DNA of 64,000 nucleotides from a virus (Duplodnaviria; Heunggongvirae; Uroviricota; Caudoviricetes): IMG/VR virus record IMGVR_UViG_3300029740_000238; one strand, 5' to 3'. Shown piece by piece: positions 56,313 to 64,000 of this stretch (position 1 is its first letter; each line of letters starts with the position of its first letter). The notes under the pieces were generated by a model. It saw only the letters and a program-made list of their open reading frames with translations, ran no database searches and was not told where the DNA came from. The position numbers and the translations under genes were made by a program.

Positions 56313-56783
56313 ATGAGTATTAAATTTATCGACGGCAATATTTTTTCACGACTTTCTGCGAGTAAGCCAACTTACATTTGCCAGCAAGTAAATTGCAAAG
56401 GCGTGATGGGAGCTGGACTTGCCATGCAAATTTGCATCCAATGGCCGGTGGTATATCAGCGCTATCTGGAGTTTTGCTATGGAAACAACGGCAACAAGCT
56501 CGGTACTTACCAGGAGGTTCTGGTAGAACCGAAGCTGTATGTCGTGAATCTGTTCGGGCAAAATGGTTATGGCCGTGGTGAAAGGCAGACGAATTATGCT
56601 GCATTGGCGACTGCGCTGTTCTCGTTTTTTAGAGACTGCGCTCAAAAGAATCAGGACGTAACTATCCGGCTGCCATATGGCTTAGGCTGTGGCCTTGCCG
56701 GAGGCGATTGGAACACGGTTCTGGACATCATCAGCGATGCGGCTAAAGCCTGGAATGTAAATGTCGAGATTTGGAAGCTGTAA
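56313..56783 (+). CDS. Macro-domain protein (ADP-ribose binding/processing)
   Basis: ICQQVNCKGVMGAGLA matches the macro-domain glycine-rich signature. 156 aa. RBS GGAAGGGAAA. Confidence 0.75.
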   Translation: MSIKFIDGNIFSRLSASKPTYICQQVNCKGVMGAGLAMQICIQWPVVYQRYLEFCYGNNGNKLGTYQEVLVEPKLYVVNLFGQNGYGRGERQTNYAALATALFSFFRDCAQKNQDVTIRLPYGLGCGLAGGDWNTVLDIISDAAKAWNVNVEIWKL

Positions 56784-56851
56784 ATTGCTGGTGGGCGTTC
56801 TTTTTTGCCCAGAAGCAAGATGAAACATAGTAAAATAAAGCTTGCACATCT

Positions 56852-56869
56852 GTGCGAATCAGATATAAT
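56852..56869 (+). promoter_or_regulatory. Recurrent promoter-like motif variant GTGCGAATCAGATATAAT
   Basis: Family member upstream of the UvrD-like gene. Confidence 0.4.
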
Positions 56870-56891
56870 AACCCTAATAAGATAAGAATTG

Positions 56892-56940
56892 TGCCCTGGC
56901 GGCTTCTGAATTGGATGCTGCCGGGGCATTTTTGTTTGTT
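56892..56940 (+). terminator. Leader hairpin plus T-run between the promoter-like motif and the UvrD-like gene
   Basis: 12-bp stem TGCCCTGGCGGC / GCTGCCGGGGCA followed by TTTTTGTTTG. Confidence 0.45.
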
Positions 56941-56955
56941 AAGGAGAATTTGGCT

Positions 56956-59676
56956 ATGACACTGAACGACTTGTCAAGCGAACAGCAGGAATTCGTACAT
57001 TTGGCATTGTCGGGCAAAAACGTATTATGTGATGCCTGCATTGGCAGCGGAAAAACATCGACCATCAACGTGCTCTGTGATGCGTACCCTCCAGAACGGC
57101 GTATCCTGTACTTGACCTACAACCGATTACTCAAACTTGATGCCAAAGACAAAATCAAAAATCATAATGTCTTGGTCCAGAACTATCACGGATTTGCAAG
57201 CCTGCTGCTGAACAAAAAGGGAATCCGGAATTGCGGGCAGGGTGAACAGCTTGCCATGGTATTGGAAAAGAAAATTCCGATTCCGCCAATTGATACTCTT
57301 ATCATTGACGAGTATCAGGATATCAATGACGAGATTGCAGAACTGCTCAAATATATCCGTTCTCAGAATCCGGGCCTTCAAATCGTCGCAGTGGGCGATA
57401 TGAAGCAGAAAATCTACGATGATACAGCGCTGGATGTCTGGGAGTTCATGCAGGATTTTCTCGGCCGCCATGAACAGGTGGTTTTCACGAAATGTTTCCG
57501 TATTTCCCATGACCTGGCGGAAAGGCTCGGCAATATCTGGGGAAAGACCATCAACGGCGTAAATGGTTCCTGCATCGTGGAACAGATGTCAGTCGATGAG
57601 GTGACGGAGTTTCTGAATAAACAAAACCCGAAAGATGTTTTGTGTCTGGGCGCTCGAATCGGAGCTATGACAAAGGTGCTCAATGACCTGGAAAATCGCC
57701 CCGGAAACCTCTATGACAAGCATCACGTCTATGCAAGTATCGCGGACAATGACGGGGATAAGGCGGTAGCACCTTCCTCAGATGTTGGTATCTTCACAAC
57801 ATTTGACGGCAGCAAAGGTATGGAGCGACCTATCTGTGTCGTGTTCGATTTCACTGAAGAATACTGGTCGTCCCGCACAAGCAAGCCGATGTCACGATAT
57901 GAGATTCTTCGGAATCTGTTTTGTGTCGCAGCAAGCCGAGGAAAGCAGCGGATTATCTTCGTGAACTATGACCATCCGTTGAGCGATAAATCCCTGATGA
58001 CTCCGACTGGAATGAATTGCGTGTTCCGGCATCCGTTTTCGTTCTCCGAGATGTTCGACCACAAATTCATCGAAGATGTGGATGCTTGCTATAAGCTGCT
58101 GGAAGTTACACCGATTGAACGCGATGACAATACGACCATCGATGTGCAGGCAGCGGATGCCATGATTGACTTGTCTCCCTGCATCAGCATCTATATGCAG
58201 GCAGGATTCTTTAATTCCTATGATATCGATGACGCACTCGCTTATTACATGGACCTACACAAGGACATGCAGTATTTGAAAATCAAGAAAGGCGCAACGG
58301 TCGAGGATAAGGTTCTACTGCTCACAGCACTCGAAACGAATCAGTGCCGGTATGTAAAACAGGTCAAGCCTCCTTTTGTGAGCGCAAAAGCCAAAATGTC
58401 GCTCAGTATGCGGCTTGGCACCGTGTTCACTCCCGATGAGTATGTTCAGGCACGCGGAGATATCGACATTCATACTAATGACCATAAAGTGATTTATGCC
58501 TCGGGCCTTGCGGATGTCGTAAAGAACAACACCGTCTACTGCATCAAGTTCATCAGCAGTCTGGCACACAAGCATTTTCTGCAGTGTGCGTGTTCTATGA
58601 TTGCGCTGGGTCTTCCATATGGCGTTGTCTGGAACGTGAAAAGTAACCTGATGTACAGCGTAAAAATCAAGGATAAGGACGCTCTGATTGACGCAATTAC
58701 CAAGTGCATCACGAAACGAGCTTACAACGGCGCGGATTATTACACTTGCCGAAAAGGCTTTGTACAGGATACGGCATCGATTATCGACCGCTGGACTGAC
58801 GACGGATATGCGGAAGAACCCACCGCCATCACTTCCGGAGATGGTATCGCCATCATCAAGCAAGGAAGCCGTTATTTCGTGATGGATGGAGCACGCCGAA
58901 ACACTCTGAACGATAATTTTGGGCTTGGTTTTGCCGATGTGAAAGACGCTTGTCTTGCTTATGCGAAGAGTTGCGAACTTCAAAAAACCGTGGACCATGA
59001 TTCTCCTTATTCCGAAGTCGAGTTCTGGCTCGACCAGAACAAGGCGTTTGAGGAATACATGACTCAGGTAAGCCATGAAATCGAACAGCACAAAGAAGGA
59101 CCGTATGCAAAATACAAGTCTTTTGCCACATCTGTTGTCCAAAAGATGCTGGCGGAAAAGGGACTGACCATCACGTTCCCGGAAAAAGCCCTCATCAAGG
59201 TTTGGAAAATGCGCCGTGCCGAAGATGCCATGTATCAGAAAATCGAAGAAGCAAATAAGCAGAACAGCCCCAACGTACCTCTTGATGAGGCGTTCTTTGA
59301 CTCTGAACTGGTGGATTTCGTCGAGGGAAATACCGAAAATACCAAGGCAAAATCCAAGCCCAAAAAGGAATCCGCATTACCGTTTTCCAAGTACGGCGCA
59401 GATGAAAAGAAGAGTTACCGTGTCGTGAAAAGCGATGAGCTCTCAAAGCCCAACCAGCCCCGTTATGTTGTGGTCGAGGCCGCAACTGATAAGGTCTTGG
59501 ACAACGCTAACGGATACGGATACCTCTCCTATCAGGCTGCCTGGAAAGGGTATTCGTACAAGAGCAAGCATCATCTGGATGGGGCAAAGAAGCCTATGAG
59601 CAAGAGCGCAAAAGAACGGGCTAAGAAAAAGGCAGCTTTCTTCTCGACCGATTCGGAACAGCTCAGTTTCGGCTGA
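56956..59676 (+). CDS. UvrD/Rep-family SF1 helicase-like ATPase with a long C-terminal extension
   Basis: Walker A GSGKTS and Walker B DEYQD in the first ~350 aa. 906 aa in total. Confidence 0.7.
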   Translation: MTLNDLSSEQQEFVHLALSGKNVLCDACIGSGKTSTINVLCDAYPPERRILYLTYNRLLKLDAKDKIKNHNVLVQNYHGFASLLLNKKGIRNCGQGEQLAMVLEKKIPIPPIDTLIIDEYQDINDEIAELLKYIRSQNPGLQIVAVGDMKQKIYDDTALDVWEFMQDFLGRHEQVVFTKCFRISHDLAERLGNIWGKTINGVNGSCIVEQMSVDEVTEFLNKQNPKDVLCLGARIGAMTKVLNDLENRPGNLYDKHHVYASIADNDGDKAVAPSSDVGIFTTFDGSKGMERPICVVFDFTEEYWSSRTSKPMSRYEILRNLFCVAASRGKQRIIFVNYDHPLSDKSLMTPTGMNCVFRHPFSFSEMFDHKFIEDVDACYKLLEVTPIERDDNTTIDVQAADAMIDLSPCISIYMQAGFFNSYDIDDALAYYMDLHKDMQYLKIKKGATVEDKVLLLTALETNQCRYVKQVKPPFVSAKAKMSLSMRLGTVFTPDEYVQARGDIDIHTNDHKVIYASGLADVVKNNTVYCIKFISSLAHKHFLQCACSMIALGLPYGVVWNVKSNLMYSVKIKDKDALIDAITKCITKRAYNGADYYTCRKGFVQDTASIIDRWTDDGYAEEPTAITSGDGIAIIKQGSRYFVMDGARRNTLNDNFGLGFADVKDACLAYAKSCELQKTVDHDSPYSEVEFWLDQNKAFEEYMTQVSHEIEQHKEGPYAKYKSFATSVVQKMLAEKGLTITFPEKALIKVWKMRRAEDAMYQKIEEANKQNSPNVPLDEAFFDSELVDFVEGNTENTKAKSKPKKESALPFSKYGADEKKSYRVVKSDELSKPNQPRYVVVEAATDKVLDNANGYGYLSYQAAWKGYSYKSKHHLDGAKKPMSKSAKERAKKKAAFFSTDSEQLSFG

Positions 59677-59894
59677 TTCAGACGACAGAGCTAGGACTCA
59701 TAACCTCAGCGGCAGGGATACCTTATCGCCGCTGGTGAGAGGAGGTGTTATGCACAGACTCAGAACGTTGCGCATTGTTTCGATGCAGCCACGCCAACTC
59801 GACCAACACGAATATAATCACAAATCAGGGAATTTTTCTGAATATCAATAACAAATATCAAACACACGCCTACTTGGGCAGAAAGGAATCACAA

Positions 59895-60761
59895 ATGGGA
59901 CGCTATAATTTCAGTCAGAGAACGCGGGATGGCTACGAAATCTCGCCCGAACAGGCAGCAAAATGGCTTGAGAGGAACGATAACAATCGGAACGTGAACG
60001 TCGCCAAAGTCAAAAAGATGGCGAAGGACATGAGAGAAGGACATTGGGATACTACGCATCAGGGTATCGCCATCGCCTCCGATGGCACGCTGGTTGACGG
60101 ACAGCATCGGCTGCTCGCTATCGTCGAGTCCGGTGTGACCGTGCGTATGAACGTGACCTTTAATGCCGCCAAGTCTCAGCACATCGATTCCGGAAACATC
60201 CGCTCCATGGCGAACCGTGTGCAGATGTCCGAGTACGATATGAGCTGGACGAACAATACGATTCTCTCCGCAGCAAACCTCATCGGCCGCGTGTTCGCAG
60301 GCTCGAACCTCAGTCACGAGGAAGCTTTGAGCGAATGGCTGATGAAATACCGCACGCAAATCGAATCCGCCACCAAGTGCATCAAGAAGGCTACGCTGCC
60401 GGGACTCAATTCCGCAGGCACGACAGCGGCCATCATTGTGGCTGCCATGAACGATGTTCCCGCTATTTATATCGAGAAGTTCATGGACGTGTTCTATTCG
60501 GGGTTCACCAACAATGAAGCCGAACATTATGCTATCGCGCTGCGGGACGAACTGCTGCGCGAAAACCGTGTCAAGCGCGGCACACAGTATGCAAGGTTTG
60601 CCTTTTTCCGTACTGCAAACCGACTGAACCAGTATTATAAGACTGCCACCGGGCAGCGCGTTGCTAAGCGCGTCAATAACGGTGACTTCCCATACAATGT
60701 CTACGATGCCAACGGCGGTATCGTAAAGCCCGAAACCAAGAAGACCAAGAAAGCTGGGTAA
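59895..60761 (+). CDS. ParB/sulfiredoxin-fold nuclease-like protein (DGQHR motif)
   Basis: HWDTTHQGIAIASDGTLVDGQHRL matches the ParB-like / DGQHR domain signature. Confidence 0.6.
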   Translation: MGRYNFSQRTRDGYEISPEQAAKWLERNDNNRNVNVAKVKKMAKDMREGHWDTTHQGIAIASDGTLVDGQHRLLAIVESGVTVRMNVTFNAAKSQHIDSGNIRSMANRVQMSEYDMSWTNNTILSAANLIGRVFAGSNLSHEEALSEWLMKYRTQIESATKCIKKATLPGLNSAGTTAAIIVAAMNDVPAIYIEKFMDVFYSGFTNNEAEHYAIALRDELLRENRVKRGTQYARFAFFRTANRLNQYYKTATGQRVAKRVNNGDFPYNVYDANGGIVKPETKKTKKAG

Positions 60762-60869
60762 TGCCATCAACTTGAGTCTTTGTGGCTGTATGGATGTTGC
60801 AAAACTAAGATATAGCCCCAAAAATTCCGTTAAATCGCATAAAAGATTGTTGCAAGGAGGACGAAAACT

Positions 60870-61145
60870 ATGAATGAATTCAAAGCAAGGAGCACGCTGG
60901 GAAGCGAGGCTGTCCCGGTTTTCGACGATGACGGTGAGCTCACGGAATGGCTGCACCGGGACAACTATACTGTCGAGGAATTGGAACTGATGAACTTTGT
61001 CGGCGATGAAAAGCCCGTCATCAAAAAGGACGGCGTGAAAATCATCCGGGATGGCACGGTCATTCGGAGGACCAACACTGAAACAAGAAAAACTGAATTT
61101 CTATTCATCCCGCGCATTGTCACCAGCGAACAGAAAACGGTGTGA
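60870..61145 (+). CDS. Small hypothetical protein
   Basis: 91 aa. RBS CAAGGAGGA. Confidence 0.55.
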   Translation: MNEFKARSTLGSEAVPVFDDDGELTEWLHRDNYTVEELELMNFVGDEKPVIKKDGVKIIRDGTVIRRTNTETRKTEFLFIPRIVTSEQKTV

Positions 61146-61435
61146 GGTGCAACGTGTTAAAAATTTATGGGTCCAGTGACGACCTTGTCTGCCTGGATAA
61201 TTCCAACTATGGGGTCGATGAAATTGGTTGCTTCGATGTCAAGGGAGTCCGGCTGTTCTTGGATGATGACACGATTTTGGTAGTGCGCTATACGAACGGT
61301 ATCTGGCGCATTGAAATTGAACGCAAGGGCACGGCACCATATCAGCATGAGGTCTGTGCGGGCAATGATGAGGCCGATTACAGCGATATCTTTTGTACGG
61401 AATCCGATGTTATTGCGCACGAAATCATTCGATGA
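61142..61435 (+). CDS. Small hypothetical protein
   Basis: GTG start overlapping the upstream stop. 97 aa. Confidence 0.4.
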   Translation: MRCNVLKIYGSSDDLVCLDNSNYGVDEIGCFDVKGVRLFLDDDTILVVRYTNGIWRIEIERKGTAPYQHEVCAGNDEADYSDIFCTESDVIAHEIIR

Positions 61436-61449
61436 GGATTGGAGCAGCC

Positions 61450-62116
61450 ATGGCAAAAACTCTTCTGACTCAAAAAAATCGAATCAGCGCTAAAGGTTTG
61501 GCATCCTGCCAACTATGGTGGATACCGGGTTGATTCGTTCCGTCAAGGCTTCGACGCTCTGGAAGTACCTGTCGAGTGTGGCTCGATAAAATCCGGCCTT
61601 GTTGACTTCGTTCGGGTTCAAGAGTGCTTCACATCAGAAACAAAATGTGGGACCTGCAAACTCTCAATGTACAGGGATGAGGACAGAGACTTAGTTATGC
61701 CGTCCGTCCGGCAGTGGACGCAGGAAGTATCATGCCCTAAAGATATCGCCAACTGGAGTTTTCGTAATGAACCGTGTACGGAACGGTTCTGCAGGCTATA
61801 TAAGACGAAACATACATACACCATCGACACCGTCATCACCTGCGTGGAAATTAAGGTTTCCGTGAGTGACTTTCACTCTGACCATGGCCACAACTTTGTG
61901 GGGCACTGTAACTACTATGCGATGCCGTTAGCGCTATACAAGAAGGTCAAAGATGAGATTCCTGATGGTATAGGAGTTCTGCTATATTACAACGGCGAAA
62001 ATACCTGCGGGATTCGCAAGAAAATCGAATGCAAGCCCCGCCAACTCTCGGAGAAAACCCAGAAATGGCTCATCATGTCAGTTGCTAAGCGACTGACAAA
62101 AATGAGCAAAGCATAA
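61450..62116 (+). CDS. Cys-rich hypothetical protein whose N-terminal 9 codons are out of frame with the rest (A7 homopolymer at 61472-61478)
   Basis: The ATG at 61450 (RBS GAGGATTGGAG) opens a frame that stops after 30 codons. The long ORF, open from 61469, has no start codon before 61667. Confidence 0.4.
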
Positions 62117-62229
62117 ACAATGAGAGATATTAAGAATTGGGATATATCGGCCGTGACAAGTCGGTATAAAATGTTTTATAATTGCCCTTGCGGTGACATT
62201 TTTGCATCCGCAGCATAAAGGAGAACGAA

Positions 62230-62346
62230 ATGAAAAGGCTTTTGAAAATTATCATTTTTGCCATCCTGGCCGGACTTAGTATTTTCTGGTATACAGAAAG
62301 CCGGAAGCGCCAGGCCATGATTCCGCTCGAATTTCGAGGCGAGTGA
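62230..62346 (+). CDS. 38-aa membrane peptide
   Basis: Strong RBS AAAGGAGAACGAA. Single hydrophobic helix. Confidence 0.4.
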   Translation: MKRLLKIIIFAILAGLSIFWYTESRKRQAMIPLEFRGE

Positions 62347-62347
62347 A

Positions 62348-62560
62348 ATGCGAAAAGACATCAAAATTGTGCTGGAAAGCATCTGGTATCTAATTCTGCC
62401 GGTGTTTATTTTTGTACTTAACATTAGATATTGGCATGGGTATCTAGCGAATCCTGGCTGGTCCTTGACCCATCCGTCATATGTTGTTCTTGGATTTGTC
62501 TTGAGCGCTGCGTTGTGCTTTGAGATTGTATATATCGACATCAAGTTTGGGGAAAAATAG
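62348..62560 (+). CDS. Small membrane protein (70 aa)
   Basis: Two TM helices. Coupled to the upstream peptide ORF. Confidence 0.45.
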   Translation: MRKDIKIVLESIWYLILPVFIFVLNIRYWHGYLANPGWSLTHPSYVVLGFVLSAALCFEIVYIDIKFGEK

Positions 62561-62575
62561 CGCTTGCCAAAATAT

Positions 62576-62609
62576 ACGAACGCCGTACAATGTAAAGTGT
62601 GAACAGATA
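62576..62609 (+). promoter_or_regulatory. Promoter-like motif ACGAACGCCGTACAAT with a downstream GTGTGAACAGATA partner
   Basis: Resembles the 17621 copy. Confidence 0.35.
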
Positions 62610-62645
62610 CTAAGCAATCAGTAGGATTCACAATCTGTATTTTAA

Positions 62646-62685
62646 GCGGACTTATCCCATAGCGGGGTAGGTCCGCTTTTTTTGT
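62646..62685 (+). terminator. Hairpin plus T-run in the leader of the MBL-lipoprotein gene (may also terminate the upstream small genes)
   Basis: GCGGACTTATCCC ... GGGGTAGGTCCGC stem followed by TTTTTTTG. Confidence 0.5.
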
Positions 62686-62702
62686 TGAAAGGAGAAGAAT
62701 TC

Positions 62703-63863
62703 ATGAAAATCAAAAACAAGTTTTTACGGAGTACAGCGGCAATCATCGCTACGCTCCTAGCACTCAGCTTCACCGGCTGCGGTCAGAATCCGATAATATC
62801 GGAAAGTCCATCCAGCACCGGGGTCGTCTCAGAAAGCACTGCAAGCAGTGAACAGACGGCTGGCGGTTCGGTGGACGGCAGCTTTACCATTCACTTTATA
62901 GACGTAGGGCAGGCGGATTCCGCCCTTATCACCTGCGACGGCCACTCAATGCTTATTGATGGCGGTAATGTCGATGATTCTAACCTCTTATATTCTGTTA
63001 TGCAGCGTGAAACCGATGGGCACCTGGATTATGCCGTTGGGACTCACGCGCACGAAGACCACATCGGCGGCTTGTCCGGTGCTTTTGAGGCCGTCACTGC
63101 GAACATGACTCTATGCCCTGTGACAGAATACGACAGCAAAGCATTTCGGGACTTTGCAAGCTACGCGGAGCAAAAAGGCGGAGGCATCACGATACCGGAT
63201 GTGGGTGAAACCTACACTCTGGGGGAAGCGGAATTCACGATAGTTGGTGTTAATTCTGTTCCCGGTGACACGAACAATACTTCGATTGTTTTGCGTATTG
63301 TCTATGGAGACACCTCGTTCCTCTTTACCGGAGATGCGGAACAGGAAGCGGAAAACGTGATACTTGCATCGGGACAAGACATTCAGTCAACAGTTCTGAA
63401 AGTAGGGCACCATGGCTCAAGTACATCTACCTCAGAGGCTTTTCTGGATGCGGTAAATCCAACATATGCTGTGATTTCTTGTGGCACAGGGAACAGTTAC
63501 GGTCATCCACATCAGGAAACACTCGACAAGTTGCAAAACAAAGGTGTCGAGGTTTATCGCACAGACCTGCTGGGTGATATTTACTGCACCTCGGATGGCA
63601 AAGAGGTAAGTTTCACTTCCGGTGAATATCATGATGAAAATCGGATTGAAGCCGGTAGTGCTGCAGATTCCAAGGATGAACAGGACAAAGCTTCACTTGT
63701 CATAGACGAGACATACGTTCTGAACACGAGCACTATGAAGTTTCACAAACCCGATTGCTCTGCAGTCGAATCGATGAGTCAAAAGAATCGAATCGACTAT
63801 ATGGGGCCCCGCGATGAGCTCATCCAGGAAGGGTATTCGGCGTGTGGGATTTGCAAACCATAA
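62703..63863 (+). CDS. Secreted metallo-beta-lactamase-fold lipoprotein (ComEC C-terminal-domain-like hydrolase)
   Basis: Lipobox LSFTGC. THAHEDH metal-binding motif plus VGHHGS. RBS GAAAGGAGAAG. Confidence 0.8.
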   Translation: MKIKNKFLRSTAAIIATLLALSFTGCGQNPIISESPSSTGVVSESTASSEQTAGGSVDGSFTIHFIDVGQADSALITCDGHSMLIDGGNVDDSNLLYSVMQRETDGHLDYAVGTHAHEDHIGGLSGAFEAVTANMTLCPVTEYDSKAFRDFASYAEQKGGGITIPDVGETYTLGEAEFTIVGVNSVPGDTNNTSIVLRIVYGDTSFLFTGDAEQEAENVILASGQDIQSTVLKVGHHGSSTSTSEAFLDAVNPTYAVISCGTGNSYGHPHQETLDKLQNKGVEVYRTDLLGDIYCTSDGKEVSFTSGEYHDENRIEAGSAADSKDEQDKASLVIDETYVLNTSTMKFHKPDCSAVESMSQKNRIDYMGPRDELIQEGYSACGICKP

Positions 63864-63882
63864 AAATTGCACCTGATTTACT

Positions 63883-63919
63883 CGACAAGCTGTGCGAACC
63901 GACTACAATAAAAATTGTA
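63883..63919 (+). promoter_or_regulatory. Promoter-like motif GTGCGAACCGACTACAAT with an inverted partner AAATTGTACGATAGATA
   Basis: Palindromic-subtype family member at the window edge. Confidence 0.45.
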
Positions 63920-64000
63920 CGATAGATAACATTCTATATCGAAAGGGTTTTATGCCTTTCGTACATTCACAATTTCGCTTAAAGGGCGGACTTCCTGTTT

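Overview
This window reads as an interior slice of a Firmicutes-type conjugative element (ICE or plasmid), about 50% GC with AGGAGG-class ribosome-binding sites. The transfer core is a partial VirD4/TraG-like coupling protein, a TcpE/PrgI-like membrane protein with an acidic tail, and a VirB4-class ATPase. The rest is accessory cargo: a thioredoxin-fold protein, a metallophosphoesterase, a C_GCAxxG_C_C protein, a Y-family DNA polymerase cassette, a flotillin, a complete IS200/IS605 unit (tnpA and tnpB), two SF1/SF2 helicases, a ParB-like protein, a type I HsdM-HsdS pair with no HsdR in view, a macro-domain protein, a NADAR/YbiA-like protein and a SLOG/YpsA-like protein. Duplicated gene pairs carry duplicated 5' UTRs: two multi-zinc-ribbon proteins (one with a C-terminal nuclease) and two lipoproteins. 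No rRNA, tRNA or CRISPR array was recognised. Three signals stand out. (i) An 18-bp promoter-like motif GTGCGAATTGC-N-TACAAT recurs about 15 times upstream of cargo genes, and several copies are followed by terminator-like leader hairpins. (ii) A two-gene minus-strand operon encodes a protein with R-S-E ADP-ribosyltransferase-like motifs fused to an HD phosphohydrolase domain, plus a 514-aa partner; macro and NADAR ADP-ribose-removing enzymes sit elsewhere on the element. (iii) Several iteron-like repeat arrays: CGTAG motifs, 11-bp-phased ACTTGCTA, TTTACCAGCAGTTTGATATTCTG and CTTGATTTGTGT. All functional calls rest on motif reading by eye, since no searches were possible.
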